Counted from the first letter of the stretch, positions 33,363 through 43,640 are shown. The stretch is DNA of 64,000 bases from Rubripirellula sp. (GCA_965216875.1 OZ244207.1:320001-384000); one strand, 5' to 3'. The notes: generated by a model from the letters alone, not told the origin. Program-made: numbers and translations.

Positions 33363-33923
33363 ATGCGAGTGGAAGGTGTCTCAAACGCGCCGGATGACGA
33401 AACAGGCGAAGTCTTTCAGCGTCAGGCTCAAGCTTGGGGCGAGCCTCTGCTGCCGTACAAAGTGTACGCGCGGCGTCCAACGATCATGAAGTCGGTCGTT
33501 GGCATGTGGGATGGATTGGCCCAATCCGGACTCCTCGACGCGTCGCTCACTTCCATCATCAATCGGCGTGTCGCCAGTTTAAACGGATGTGTTTTCTGAC
33601 AGGACATTAACGCTGCAGTTGGCAGCGACCAGGGTGTTTCGGCCGAAAAGCTGATGGCGATCGGCGACTACGAAAACAGTTCGCTGTTTGACCAACGAGA
33701 GCGTGCGGCGCTACGGTATGCCGACGCGATCACGTTTTCGGACCGCGATGTGAACGAAGAACTGTTCGAAACGGTGAAGCAGTTTTTCAGTGATGACGAG
33801 ATTGTTGAGTTGACCGCGACGATTGCGTGGGAGAACTGTTCAAGTAAGTTCAACCGCGCCCTGCGGATTCCGTCGCAGGAACTCTGGCAATGCGGCGATT
33901 CCACCAACAACGACGACCATTGA
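33363..33923 (+). CDS. AhpD/carboxymuconolactone decarboxylase-like selenoprotein (186 aa, CxxU, Sec79)
   Basis: Track ORFs 33363-33599 and 33654-33923 are in one frame, joined by TGA 33597-33599 in RVASLNGCVF-U-QDIN. C-terminal half: FDQRERAALRYADAIT, FSDDEIVELT, FNRAL. Confidence 0.88.
33611..33627 (+). promoter_or_regulatory. Candidate SECIS element of the AhpD-like gene
   Basis: cgctgc-AGTTG-gcagcg: perfect 6-bp stem; loop after a 17-nt spacer from the UGA. Confidence 0.7.
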
Positions 33924-33929
33924 GTTTCT

Positions 33930-34724
33930 ATGTCCGACAAGATGCGTCCTTGGATTTTGGCCGAATCGAATCTGGCCGAGATTCAAGCCAATCCGATTCG
34001 TGCCGCTGTGCTGCCGTTCGGCGCGACGGAGCCTCACAATTTGCACTTGCCCTACGGCACTGACACCTATGAAGTGGAAGCGTTGGGCGATCGCGCCTGC
34101 GAGGTAGCTTGGCAGGCAGGCGCGCGCGTCGTTTTGTTGCCGACGATTCCGTATGGCACCGAGACCAACATGGCGAAGTGCCCGTTGGCGATGAATGCGA
34201 GTCCGAGCACTTTGTCGGCACTGATCGGCGACATCGCGCAGTCGCTAGCCGACAACGGGATTCAGAAACTGCTGTTGCTCAACGGACACGGCGGAAATGA
34301 CTTCAAGCCCGCCGTGCGTGAGTGGATGAACCGAACGCCCGTTAAGTTGTTCCTGTGCGATTGGTTCAGTGGGCTCAGCAAAGATGTTCACCCTGAAATC
34401 TTTGAAGATGCCGGTGATCATGCTGGCGAAATGGAAACGTCACTTGGGCTGGCTTATTTCAGCCATCTCGTGCAAACCCGGTCCGACGGTTCACTTGCTG
34501 CCGATCAGGGCGAACCGAATACAACGCGATTTGAAGCGATCAACAACGGTTGGGTCAGCATCAGCCGGCCCTGGCATTTGTTGACCACAAACACTGGCTG
34601 CGGCAACCCTCATCCCGCCACCGCGGAAAAGGGTGAGCGGCTGATGGACGTGATGGTCGAGCGTCTAAGTCGGTTTCTTATCGAGCTTGCGTCGTCCGAC
34701 ATGGATGGCCGCTTTCCCTACTAA
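33930..34724 (+). CDS. Creatininase family amidohydrolase
   Basis: LPFGATEPHNLHLPYGTD, LNGHGGN, DHAGEMETS, ATAEKG. Confidence 0.9.
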   Translation: MSDKMRPWILAESNLAEIQANPIRAAVLPFGATEPHNLHLPYGTDTYEVEALGDRACEVAWQAGARVVLLPTIPYGTETNMAKCPLAMNASPSTLSALIGDIAQSLADNGIQKLLLLNGHGGNDFKPAVREWMNRTPVKLFLCDWFSGLSKDVHPEIFEDAGDHAGEMETSLGLAYFSHLVQTRSDGSLAADQGEPNTTRFEAINNGWVSISRPWHLLTTNTGCGNPHPATAEKGERLMDVMVERLSRFLIELASSDMDGRFPY

Positions 34725-35893
34725 GAATTCGCAGCGTGCAGGACGGCGGCGTAGCCAAGCACATCGTTGTGACTCTTGCAGTACTCAAGCGCGGTGTCAA
34801 AGGCCGACAGATCTCCTGCAGCTTTGGCTCGTCCGGCGATGTCAATCAACAATGGCACAATCCGCTGGGGGGGCAAATCGCTCGGCACAAGTTCGACGCA
34901 GGCGGCAACCGCATCGGCAGGACGACCAACGCGATCAAGCAAATCAACATAGGCTTCAATCGCCGCAGTTCCGTGTTCGGCAACATCGACGCTGCGTGCC
35001 TTGCGTTCGAACATCCGCAACCCCGCGTCAATGTTCTCACCGAGCAAGACCGAGAAGTAGGCCGAGTGTGCGGGATAGAAGTCGACAAACGGTTCTTCGC
35101 CTGGGTATTGGAATTGATGGTTGAGCCGTCGCCCGTACTGGGTTAGCTCCCAAGCCTTACGAAGTTCGTCGGGGTCTTCCAGTTGTGTCGCAACACGAAC
35201 GGTCGACGAAAGGTGGGTCGTGTCGAGATGGTAGCCGCCTTCGCCCAAGACCCATTTTCGCTTCTCGACCATTTGGGCCAAGTCTTCTTCGTCGCCGGGG
35301 GCGTCTTCACGCGAGGCGATGTCATTTCGGACAAGCTCGATCAGTTCGCCGTAAAGATGATTGAGCAAACGCGACGCCGCTGCTTTGCGGTCGGCTTTGC
35401 TGCGTGACACGATCGCTTGTTCGTAAAGCGTGATCGAGTTGCAGGTTCCCTGGTTGTCGATCACAGCTTGAAAGCCTCGGCCAACATCGATGCCTTCGTG
35501 CAAAAGGACTTGCACCATCTCGTCGTAGTTTTCTTCGGTGATCTCGTGATCGGCCAACAGTTCTTTGGCGAGTTCGGCGTCACCGGTTGGACGCAAGTAC
35601 ATCCAGCCCTCTCCGACGCGTCCCTGTTTCATCAGCATCGTTCCTGCTTCGCGGCACGCGTCGAGCAATCCGATTTCGAGCTGACGTTCGACATCCTCTG
35701 GGCGTGAAGGTTCGTTCTCTTCGGTGACCAATGGCAGGTCAAGCTGACTGCGAATTCGCATCTTCAACGCCTCGAACAACTCCATCGGTTGCTCGGTGGC
35801 ACGAAAGTGGTCAACCATTTGGTCGAGCATGTCGGCCGGCGTTTCACGTTTGTCGGCGAGTTGGGAAAAGATATCTGTATCGGTCGCGGCCAT
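34721..35893 (-). CDS. Hypothetical alpha-helical protein
   Basis: Long ORF (GTCNSIT, YHLDTTHLSS, YGRRL...QYPGEEPF); function not recognised. Confidence 0.7.
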   Translation of the reverse strand: MAATDTDIFSQLADKRETPADMLDQMVDHFRATEQPMELFEALKMRIRSQLDLPLVTEENEPSRPEDVERQLEIGLLDACREAGTMLMKQGRVGEGWMYLRPTGDAELAKELLADHEITEENYDEMVQVLLHEGIDVGRGFQAVIDNQGTCNSITLYEQAIVSRSKADRKAAASRLLNHLYGELIELVRNDIASREDAPGDEEDLAQMVEKRKWVLGEGGYHLDTTHLSSTVRVATQLEDPDELRKAWELTQYGRRLNHQFQYPGEEPFVDFYPAHSAYFSVLLGENIDAGLRMFERKARSVDVAEHGTAAIEAYVDLLDRVGRPADAVAACVELVPSDLPPQRIVPLLIDIAGRAKAAGDLSAFDTALEYCKSHNDVLGYAAVLHAANS

Positions 35894-35988
35894 TTGGTCG
35901 GTGATCCAAGGTGGAGGTGGGGGCGCTGGGCGAACCATACAGCTTAGAAGGTCGAGGCCTGCTGCGGGAGGGCCACCGCCGCCAGTTC

Positions 35989-36047
35989 GTAGTACCGAGC
36001 TTTAGCCGGAATCTTCAGGCTCTTCCGCCTGAAGGCGGGACTACAAA
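35989..36047. repeat. GTAG-type REP doublet
   Basis: gtagtaccgagctttagccgg...ccgcctgaaggcgggactacaaac; related to aaagctcggtactacaaac at about 26398-26416. Confidence 0.6.
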
Positions 36048-36171
36048 CTTATGTGTGCTGTGATCGCGTAGGCGGTCGGACGTTGCTGTCGCTGCTCGGT
36101 CGGCCTGCGGGGTGCGAGCGCAGCTACAATTTGGGTCCCACCCAATAGCCAACCCTCAAAAAGCCCACCCC

Positions 36172-37296
36172 ATGTTTCGACTTCGACTTCTTTGGCTTTG
36201 CGCCTTTTTCTCTCTCCCCGCGTCCGCGACCGACTTTGGCGAAGTCCAAGAGATGCTTGATGCGGCGGTGGAGGAAGGCACCGTTGCAGGTGGCACGTTG
36301 ATGATCATCGAAGAGGGGGAGGTCACCTTCAATGTTGGCTTTGGGTACGCCGACGTCGATTCGAAAACGTCGTTCAAGACCGAGACGCCAGTCATCATCG
36401 CATCGATCAGCAAACCGATGCTCGGCACGGTCGCCTTTCGATTGGCTCAGCAGGGTGAGGTTGACCTGAACGCTCCGATCACTCAGTACCTACCTGAGTT
36501 CGCTGGGCTGAAGCTCGAGTCGGGCAAGCCGCAGTCGCGACCGCCGACAACGATCGAGCTCTTCACGCATACATCGGGACTGCGTCATTCGGAAGCTAAA
36601 GGGGGGCGTCCCTGGTTCGCAAGTTGGACCGCTGGCAAACCCCTTGGCGATGTGGTCGCACGTTATGCAACCGACATTCCAGCCGAAAGCCAGCCGCGAT
36701 CTCGGTACGCCTACAGCGGGATCGGAACGGACGTTGCCGCTCGCGTTTTGGAAGTTGCGACCGACACGCCACGCAACGAGATGCTCGTCGAAGTGCTCAC
36801 GGATCAACTTGGAATGACAAGCACCTTTTATCGTGACGCCGAAAGCCTTCAACGCGTTGCCGAAATGCCGACTCGGTATCGCTACGGAAAGCAGGGGCAA
36901 CTCGTTGCCGATCGCAAACGGTTTGTGCCGCCCAAGAACATGTACAGCTCCTCAGGCGGCGCGATCATTTCCACTTCGTCAGATCTCGCGAAGTGGTTGA
37001 TGATGTTTCGCAATGGTGGGAAGCACCGAGGCAAGGTTTTTCTGAACGAGCAAGTCCTCGGCAAAATGCTGGCTCCCTACCCGCCAAGCCTTAAGACTCG
37101 GGGTGGCTTTTCCCTGCACAAACGTGCCCGAGGCAAGACGCTCGGCATTGGGCACACGGGATCCTCTGGAACCAGTTGCTGGATCGATTTCGAGAACGAC
37201 GTCATCTACATCTTGCTGACGCAAACCAAGGGCACGGACATCAAGCCTTGGCGACTACGTCTCGAGAAGCGTATTCGCGAACTCGTTGCCGAGTAA
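36172..37296 (+). CDS. Serine hydrolase, beta-lactamase class C/PBP-like
   Basis: Signal peptide; IASISK (SxxK), LFTHTSGL, YAYSG, GHTG, CWID. Confidence 0.88.
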   Translation: MFRLRLLWLCAFFSLPASATDFGEVQEMLDAAVEEGTVAGGTLMIIEEGEVTFNVGFGYADVDSKTSFKTETPVIIASISKPMLGTVAFRLAQQGEVDLNAPITQYLPEFAGLKLESGKPQSRPPTTIELFTHTSGLRHSEAKGGRPWFASWTAGKPLGDVVARYATDIPAESQPRSRYAYSGIGTDVAARVLEVATDTPRNEMLVEVLTDQLGMTSTFYRDAESLQRVAEMPTRYRYGKQGQLVADRKRFVPPKNMYSSSGGAIISTSSDLAKWLMMFRNGGKHRGKVFLNEQVLGKMLAPYPPSLKTRGGFSLHKRARGKTLGIGHTGSSGTSCWIDFENDVIYILLTQTKGTDIKPWRLRLEKRIRELVAE

Positions 37297-37321
37297 CGTT
37301 GCTGGCTCTGCGTCCGGATTG

Positions 37322-39586
37322 CTAGTCTTTCAATTCTCGTTGAAACAAACGGTCCGCGGTTTCGATCATTTGGTTGAACCACGCTTGCTTGTTCAGGAAG
37401 GCGTGCGGGGCGTCGTCAATCACAGTGACATTGGTGTCGACGCCAAGAGTTTGAGCTTGGGCCCGAAACTCGTCCGCATGGGTGCTCGGATCGTCCTTCT
37501 GGCCCGTGATGAACCAGCAGGGTGGGTCGTTCGCATCGAGATGCGCTAGCGGCGATGCAAGTGTGTAGTTTTCGCGGTTTTCGGTTTGCGACCCACTCAA
37601 GAATTGGCGCCAGATCTTTCCGCGTTCTTCGATCGACGAGATCTCTTTGGTTCGTTCCGACAATAAATGCGTTTGCGCCCCCATCGGAACCGCAGCTTGA
37701 ATGCTGCTGCTGAAGGATGCGTTGCCGCCGTCGCCTTCCAGCTGGGGTGTGCCACTTGATGTCGCCAGCAACGCGGTCAAATGCCCGCCCGCCGACAACC
37801 CGATCGCGCCGATGTTGTTGGTATCGATTCCAAATTCATCGGCGTTGGCTCTCAAGAACCTGACTGCTGCTTTGCAATCTTGGATCGCGGCAGGAAACGG
37901 TGCCTCGCCACTGAGGCGATAAGAAATGGTAGCCGCCACATACCCGCGTGCCGCCAACGCTTGAGCGATCTTGGTGTGACTCGTTCGGTCCCCCTTCCAC
38001 CATCCGCCACCATGGATGCAAACCACAGCAGGCAGTTTTCCCCATGCTTCCTTGGGGCGGTAGATATCCATCTCAAGTGTGCGGTCGCCATACTTGGCAT
38101 AGGTGACGTCGAGCTGTTGGTTGAGTCCAGCGAGGACTTGCCGCGGGATGGTCGTCTTGCCACCGGGCGAATGCGGCACCGAGCCAGCGGGGCGCGCGTC
38201 GAGCCTCATTTCTTCTTGGAACAGCACGGCCATCCCGCGAAGCTTTCGCGTGATTTCGCCATTTCGCACAAGCGTCTTTTCACCCGGATCCTTTGATAGA
38301 TCGTAGAGTTCCAACGACGGATTCAGGTAGAGCTTCCAGTTCCGCCAGCGGACTGCGGCCAGCGCGCCTTGGCTGCCGTGATAGAAAAACGCTTCGTGAA
38401 ATTCATTGCGTTTGATGATCGAGGCCCATTCTTGAGGTGGATCCCAACGGCGACGCAACGGGAGGGACGCATTGAGAGACTTTTTGAGCGCGGGCCCCGG
38501 CACAAACTTGGTTTCGCCCTTGAGTAGCGGACTGATGTCACGACCATCGATCACAATTCCTTCCGGGACTGCGATTCCAGCCAGCGAGGCGAGTGTTGGA
38601 TACCAGTCCATCGCACGGACGACCGCAAACGATTTTGCGTCCGACTGCAACCCGATTCCTGGTCCCCAGGCGATCGCCGGAACGCGAATGCCACCTTCGT
38701 AAGTCGACAGTTTGCGGCCACGAATGGGTTGTTTCGGTGTGCGGCCGGGACCACGTCCATTGTCCGATGCGTAAACGACGATGGTGTTGTCATCGATACC
38801 AAGGTTTTTAAGCGTCTCAAAAAGCCGACCGACATTGTGGTCAAGTTCTTCGATTGCATCACCGTACTCACCCCACTGCGATTGGCCTTTGAATTCGTCG
38901 CTGACACCGAGCGGATTGTGCAGCATTGTGTGAGGAAGATACAAGAAGAACGGTGTGTCTTTGTTTTGCGTGATGAAGTCGATCGCTTCGTCGGTGTAGC
39001 GTTGGGTTAACTCGGCCGGGTTGGCGGGGCGCTGAACGACCTTGCCGTTTCGAACCAACGGGACACCACCTTCCTTTTCGAAGTAGATGACTTCGACCGG
39101 ATCGAGGTTGTGGAGCAATCCAAAGTAGTGATCAAATCCTTGGTTAGTGGGCAGGAAGGGTTCATGAAAACCAAGATGCCACTTGCCGATGCATGCCGTC
39201 TTGTAACCTGCAGCTTGAAACAACTCGGGCATCGTCGTCTCATCGGGATGGATGCCGAATCGTGAGTCGGCACGGTGCACCCAAATCTCGTTGCCAACGC
39301 GGCGCGGATAACAGCCGGTAAGTAGTCCGGCACGCGAGGGGCTGCAGATGGGAGCAGCCGCGTAGTAGTCGCGAAACAGCGTGCCCTCGTCCGCCATCGC
39401 GTCGATGTTGGGCGTCTGCACTTCCGTTGCTCCGTAGCAACCGAGGTCATAGTAGCCCTGGTCATCGACAAAGATGAAGACAACGTTCGGTCGAGTGTCC
39501 GGTTCAGCGTGAAGGACACAAGGGCAAACGGCCAACGCGATTGCGGTGGCCAACCCAAGAAGTGGTAGGCGATTCATGCGTGACAT
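37322..39586 (-). CDS. Sulfatase fused to a C-terminal HSL-type alpha/beta-hydrolase (esterase)
   Basis: PNVVFIFVDDQG, CSPSRAG, GKWHLG, SDNG; then CIHGGGW, YRL, GLSAGGHL, DAPH. Confidence 0.88.
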   Translation of the reverse strand: MSRMNRLPLLGLATAIALAVCPCVLHAEPDTRPNVVFIFVDDQGYYDLGCYGATEVQTPNIDAMADEGTLFRDYYAAAPICSPSRAGLLTGCYPRRVGNEIWVHRADSRFGIHPDETTMPELFQAAGYKTACIGKWHLGFHEPFLPTNQGFDHYFGLLHNLDPVEVIYFEKEGGVPLVRNGKVVQRPANPAELTQRYTDEAIDFITQNKDTPFFLYLPHTMLHNPLGVSDEFKGQSQWGEYGDAIEELDHNVGRLFETLKNLGIDDNTIVVYASDNGRGPGRTPKQPIRGRKLSTYEGGIRVPAIAWGPGIGLQSDAKSFAVVRAMDWYPTLASLAGIAVPEGIVIDGRDISPLLKGETKFVPGPALKKSLNASLPLRRRWDPPQEWASIIKRNEFHEAFFYHGSQGALAAVRWRNWKLYLNPSLELYDLSKDPGEKTLVRNGEITRKLRGMAVLFQEEMRLDARPAGSVPHSPGGKTTIPRQVLAGLNQQLDVTYAKYGDRTLEMDIYRPKEAWGKLPAVVCIHGGGWWKGDRTSHTKIAQALAARGYVAATISYRLSGEAPFPAAIQDCKAAVRFLRANADEFGIDTNNIGAIGLSAGGHLTALLATSSGTPQLEGDGGNASFSSSIQAAVPMGAQTHLLSERTKEISSIEERGKIWRQFLSGSQTENRENYTLASPLAHLDANDPPCWFITGQKDDPSTHADEFRAQAQTLGVDTNVTVIDDAPHAFLNKQAWFNQMIETADRLFQRELKD

Positions 39587-39800
39587 GCTGTGGTGGGAGG
39601 ATTCGGCGATAATGCCGGAACAGATTCGGATTCAAGTGATGAGTCGAACTGTACTGTCGATCTCTTGGCGAGCTGTCAGGTTATCTGCCCCAGCCCGATG
39701 ATCAAGATGAAACCAACTTCCCCTGTCGGTCGGCCCGCCCAGCCCTACGACTCGCGCTCGGCTAGACCGTGGTGCTCGTTTCTGAGTCGCATGCGCTAGG

Positions 39801-39905
39801 AAGAGGACGCGGAGCGTCCGAAGAGTGCGTGACCACGCGGAGCGGGGTCACGAGGAAGTGAGCCGAACGCGCTAGCGTCGGGCTTTTCACACGTCGGGCC
39901 TTTCA
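39801..39905. repeat. REP cluster
   Basis: Inverted copy of the 32473-32525 unit, followed by gtgagccgaacgcgctagcgtcgggc. Confidence 0.75.
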
Positions 39906-39914
39906 CGCGTCCAG

Positions 39915-42900
39915 CTAGCGGCGGAAGTTACGTTCGTGGAATCGCATGATCTCAAGCCCCTGCTTTTCATAGATCTTCGTCCCTGAATGTGGAACATCAG
40001 GGACGATGAGTGGGCGGTGGGCGATCCCCAGGTCTTGGAGGAATTCCATGTAGTCCAAGTTGTTTTCGTAATTGAATCCATCGGTGCCGACGTAGATCAT
40101 CAGATTCAACTTGGGGGCGTCGTTTCGATCCGCGTAGCGTCGAGCCAAGTCCCACGTGTTGTCGCCCTTGGAAAACCGCAACAATTCCGACTCGGCTGAA
40201 TCGGGCGATTCGCTGATGCGCTTTTCCGTTGCGTATCCTCCGCCGCCTGCCGCCACGCTGCTGAACAACTCGGGGTATCGCAGCGATAGTCGCATCGTCC
40301 CGCGGCCTCCTTGCGAGAACCCTTCGAGTCCTCGTGCCGATCGATCGGGAATCGTACGGTAGGTTGCATCAATGTGGGGAATCAATTCTTGGATGAAGAC
40401 GTCAGCGCCATTGGCATCTGGTTGTCCAGCAACACCGATTCGATCAGGCACGTTGTAGTGGCTGACCGGACCGCCGTTGACGAAGACGTAGATCACGGGA
40501 GCAAGTTCGTGCTCTTTGCGAATGCGAACCATTTGTTCGGCGAGTCGAGCGCTCTTGGCTTCCGAGCCAGGCCGTCCGCCGTGCAGGTAGTACACGACTG
40601 GGTAACGCGCATCGGACGACTCGTAGCCGTCCGGCAAGAGAATGCCATAGCCAACCTTTTGCTTCGCCAAGCGACTTTCGAACGTCCCGTGCTTTAACCC
40701 TTTGGCGTCGAGTTTGGGAAGCGGGTTGATCCACGCAAAGGGTTTCGCCTTCTGCCGGTTACCCGAAACTTCGTACCAAAGGGTTTGGTACTTTGGCGAG
40801 ATTTCAAAGCTGATCGCGTCGCCTTTGCGTTTGGTAGGAATCTCAACGACGCGTCGCCCCTTGCCATCAAGGGCGTAAACGCTGGTGACTTGCTTGTTCT
40901 CAAGTGTCACCTTGGCATTCATGCCCATGACCTGAGTCGGACCTTGCCCCCAATCCTTGCCAACGCTGTTGCGTTGCGCGTTCCAACCCATGTTCTCGTT
41001 TTCTGTATGAGTTGAAGCCAGCAGCAATAGTTTTCGACTTTTGGTGATGGGTGCACCGTCTTGGCTGGTCAAAACCAAGGTGGCGTAATTTGGATCGATC
41101 GAGCCGACTTGCCATTCCATATCTTTGGTTTGGTAGTTCTGGTCACCGATTGTTCCCCAAACACCTTGAGTTCGACCGGTATTGATTTTCAGAAAACCCT
41201 TTGTGGGTGGCTCCGATTTCCAGCTCAATCGTCCATCCGGAGTGCTCAGGTGATTCGTACTTGGCTCTGGCAACGAAGGGGCTTTGGTGACGGTCGGCGA
41301 CACGGCAAGTCGATGGGTCAAAGCGTGCCGTCCATCGATGGGCGAGCCAATCGGTGCTAGCCGCTGATTGCGAAGCGGCGCCAAATCGCCGCGCAGGAAG
41401 ACGTTGGCAAAAACCGAAAGATTTGCGAGCTTGACCGGTTGTCCGTTGAAGCTGAAGAAGTTGATCGTTTGGTTCCGGTTCCAATCGTCTGATGTCTTGG
41501 ACGACGCATCGAAGTCGAAAAAGAAGACGGCATCCCAGTCTTGCAGCGCGGCGAGCGAGGCAGCCAACGGAACGCAGCCCGACGAATAGGGACTAGGCTC
41601 GGGGTAGTTCCACTCGGTCAGCGTCATCGGTTTGTTGGCGTACCGCCATCCCGTTCGCATCAGCAATGAGTTGGTTGGCCAATCCGATCGCGTCGGATCG
41701 GCTTCCATTGGTTCATTACCCACCGTCCATTTATCGGCACTCCACATCGCGCCGGCGGGGAACATCGGATGATGCCAATAGTTGTGCACATCGATGAAGT
41801 CGTTCAGTTTCAGGTTGACTTCGGGAGTGTGGTAATTCGCTTGGCTGGCGATGATCGGTACTTTCACGCCCAGGTCTTCTTGAAGAAAACGTTTCAGCTC
41901 GGTGACCCAAGCGATTTCGGTTTCGACCATGAAACGACGCATGTCACCATGAGCCGCAACGGGCGAACCCGCGTCGGGGATGGCAACAGAAAGGCTTTCA
42001 AGCGTTTGGTCTTTGGGCAGGGCGTTGGCTGCGGCGCCTGGGCGGAGGCTAACGCCCGCAAACTCGACAGGGACTGCCGACATGCCAAAATTCAATCGCA
42101 GGTTTGCGCCATCGGCAATCGACTCCGAGGGGAAGACAACGCGGCTGATCTTGGTCCACTGCGTTGTGGAGGCGACATTTTCGAACATCCCCAGTGATCG
42201 CCAATCGCCATTTTGCGCAGTGCTCAGTTCGATACCGACCGACCGCGGTTCATCCGATCGCACCCAGCACTCGAATGTGTAGGGGGAATCGGCCTCGACG
42301 GTCAGGTCGACCACGGAAAGTTGCATACCGTGATTTTCTTCGGTGCGTCGTTTGGGCTCGAATCGCACGGCCGGTACTTTTCCGACGCCGTCGATTTCGG
42401 CCGCTTTGATTGATCGACCCAACTCGATTTCGTCCAAGCTGTACTGCCAATGGGTCGCCCCTGGATCGAAGCTCGGATCAAACAATGGATCCCGCAGGAT
42501 CGGCTGTCGTTGCCCCCATTGAGCGACCATGTTTTTGGTGTCGCCGTATTGCGTGGTTAGCCACCGGTTCCAGGCTTTGATCAACGAAGATTGAAAACGC
42601 CGTGGCAGCTTGCGGTACAGCGAATAGCCCTGCTTGCTGAAATAGTTTTCATTGAGCATTTCGACTAGCGCGATGCCTGGATCATCGACGCGTGCCAAAT
42701 GGTTTCGGTAAGGATTCTTGTGCGTCAGCATTTCGCGACAGTAGTCCTTTACTTTGCTTTGCACGTCGGCGTCGTAGTACATCACCCACTTATTCGCGCC
42801 CGCCCACCAAGGTGCTCCTGTCAACGGCGGAAACCCCTCGGCTTCACTGAGTGTGCGGCTGCAGTGCATGTTCAAATCGGCATAGATTCCGTTTTCATGA

Positions 42901-43373
42901 AGTTTGGCTAGAAAGTAGTCGAGGCGGTCGACCATCTCGTCATCAAAAACTCGGTGCCCATCAACGAGGTCCCGCGCCCACACACCGGACGGTGCGCTCT
43001 GGCCATCCATGTGGTGAAAACGGACTGCGTTGATACCGAGTTTGGCCATGTGGGGCGCGATCGTGTCGGCATCTTCATGCTTCGGGAAGTTGCCCGCAAA
43101 GCAGAGGTTGACGCCCCAAAAACGAATACGCCCGTCGCCGGCGTAGAAGTGGCCGTCTTGGACCCTGACAAATCCCGCTTTGCCGGCAGGTGCGTCAAGC
43201 AAAACGCGGCGACTGGTGAGAGACTCAAACGCATCATCACCTGGGATCACAAACGGAAACCGCTCTGCGTCGTCGGGGACCTGTTGGGCGGTGGTGAAAG
43301 GAGAGGCCGAGAGAATCGATATTGCGATGAGGCAAACGGAACGAAGCCGAATGCAAGCGGTGACAAGATTCAT
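39915..43373 (-). CDS. Multidomain carbohydrate-active enzyme: clan GH-A glycoside hydrolase with CBM-like insertion plus C-terminal esterase
   Basis: RFWGVN, GINAVRFHHMD, HKNPY, EMLNEN (acid/base), LTEWN (nucleophile); C-terminal YPVVYYLHG, GFSQGG (GxSxG), PH. Confidence 0.75.
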   Translation of the reverse strand: MNLVTACIRLRSVCLIAISILSASPFTTAQQVPDDAERFPFVIPGDDAFESLTSRRVLLDAPAGKAGFVRVQDGHFYAGDGRIRFWGVNLCFAGNFPKHEDADTIAPHMAKLGINAVRFHHMDGQSAPSGVWARDLVDGHRVFDDEMVDRLDYFLAKLHENGIYADLNMHCSRTLSEAEGFPPLTGAPWWAGANKWVMYYDADVQSKVKDYCREMLTHKNPYRNHLARVDDPGIALVEMLNENYFSKQGYSLYRKLPRRFQSSLIKAWNRWLTTQYGDTKNMVAQWGQRQPILRDPLFDPSFDPGATHWQYSLDEIELGRSIKAAEIDGVGKVPAVRFEPKRRTEENHGMQLSVVDLTVEADSPYTFECWVRSDEPRSVGIELSTAQNGDWRSLGMFENVASTTQWTKISRVVFPSESIADGANLRLNFGMSAVPVEFAGVSLRPGAAANALPKDQTLESLSVAIPDAGSPVAAHGDMRRFMVETEIAWVTELKRFLQEDLGVKVPIIASQANYHTPEVNLKLNDFIDVHNYWHHPMFPAGAMWSADKWTVGNEPMEADPTRSDWPTNSLLMRTGWRYANKPMTLTEWNYPEPSPYSSGCVPLAASLAALQDWDAVFFFDFDASSKTSDDWNRNQTINFFSFNGQPVKLANLSVFANVFLRGDLAPLRNQRLAPIGSPIDGRHALTHRLAVSPTVTKAPSLPEPSTNHLSTPDGRLSWKSEPPTKGFLKINTGRTQGVWGTIGDQNYQTKDMEWQVGSIDPNYATLVLTSQDGAPITKSRKLLLLASTHTENENMGWNAQRNSVGKDWGQGPTQVMGMNAKVTLENKQVTSVYALDGKGRRVVEIPTKRKGDAISFEISPKYQTLWYEVSGNRQKAKPFAWINPLPKLDAKGLKHGTFESRLAKQKVGYGILLPDGYESSDARYPVVYYLHGGRPGSEAKSARLAEQMVRIRKEHELAPVIYVFVNGGPVSHYNVPDRIGVAGQPDANGADVFIQELIPHIDATYRTIPDRSARGLEGFSQGGRGTMRLSLRYPELFSSVAAGGGGYATEKRISESPDSAESELLRFSKGDNTWDLARRYADRNDAPKLNLMIYVGTDGFNYENNLDYMEFLQDLGIAHRPLIVPDVPHSGTKIYEKQGLEIMRFHERNFRR

Positions 43374-43640
43374 TGAAGATCCGTGGTGGGCACGCCAATC
43401 TCGAACAGCGTGGGGTGTCCGAGTGAAGACATTATGGTAGCCAGAATGCACGTTAACAAAACACTGACCCCCATTCGGCTGAGTTGTCGTCGCAGCGCGT
43501 GGGAGTGTGAGGCTTCAAGCGATGTCAAACTACAACGTTTTTAGGGAAGCTTGATGGCAGCGTCATTTGCAAGTGCCCCACCAATTGCTTCAACTATTGG
43601 AGCATGACAACACGAGTTCAAGTTTCAAGGAGAGCAACCA

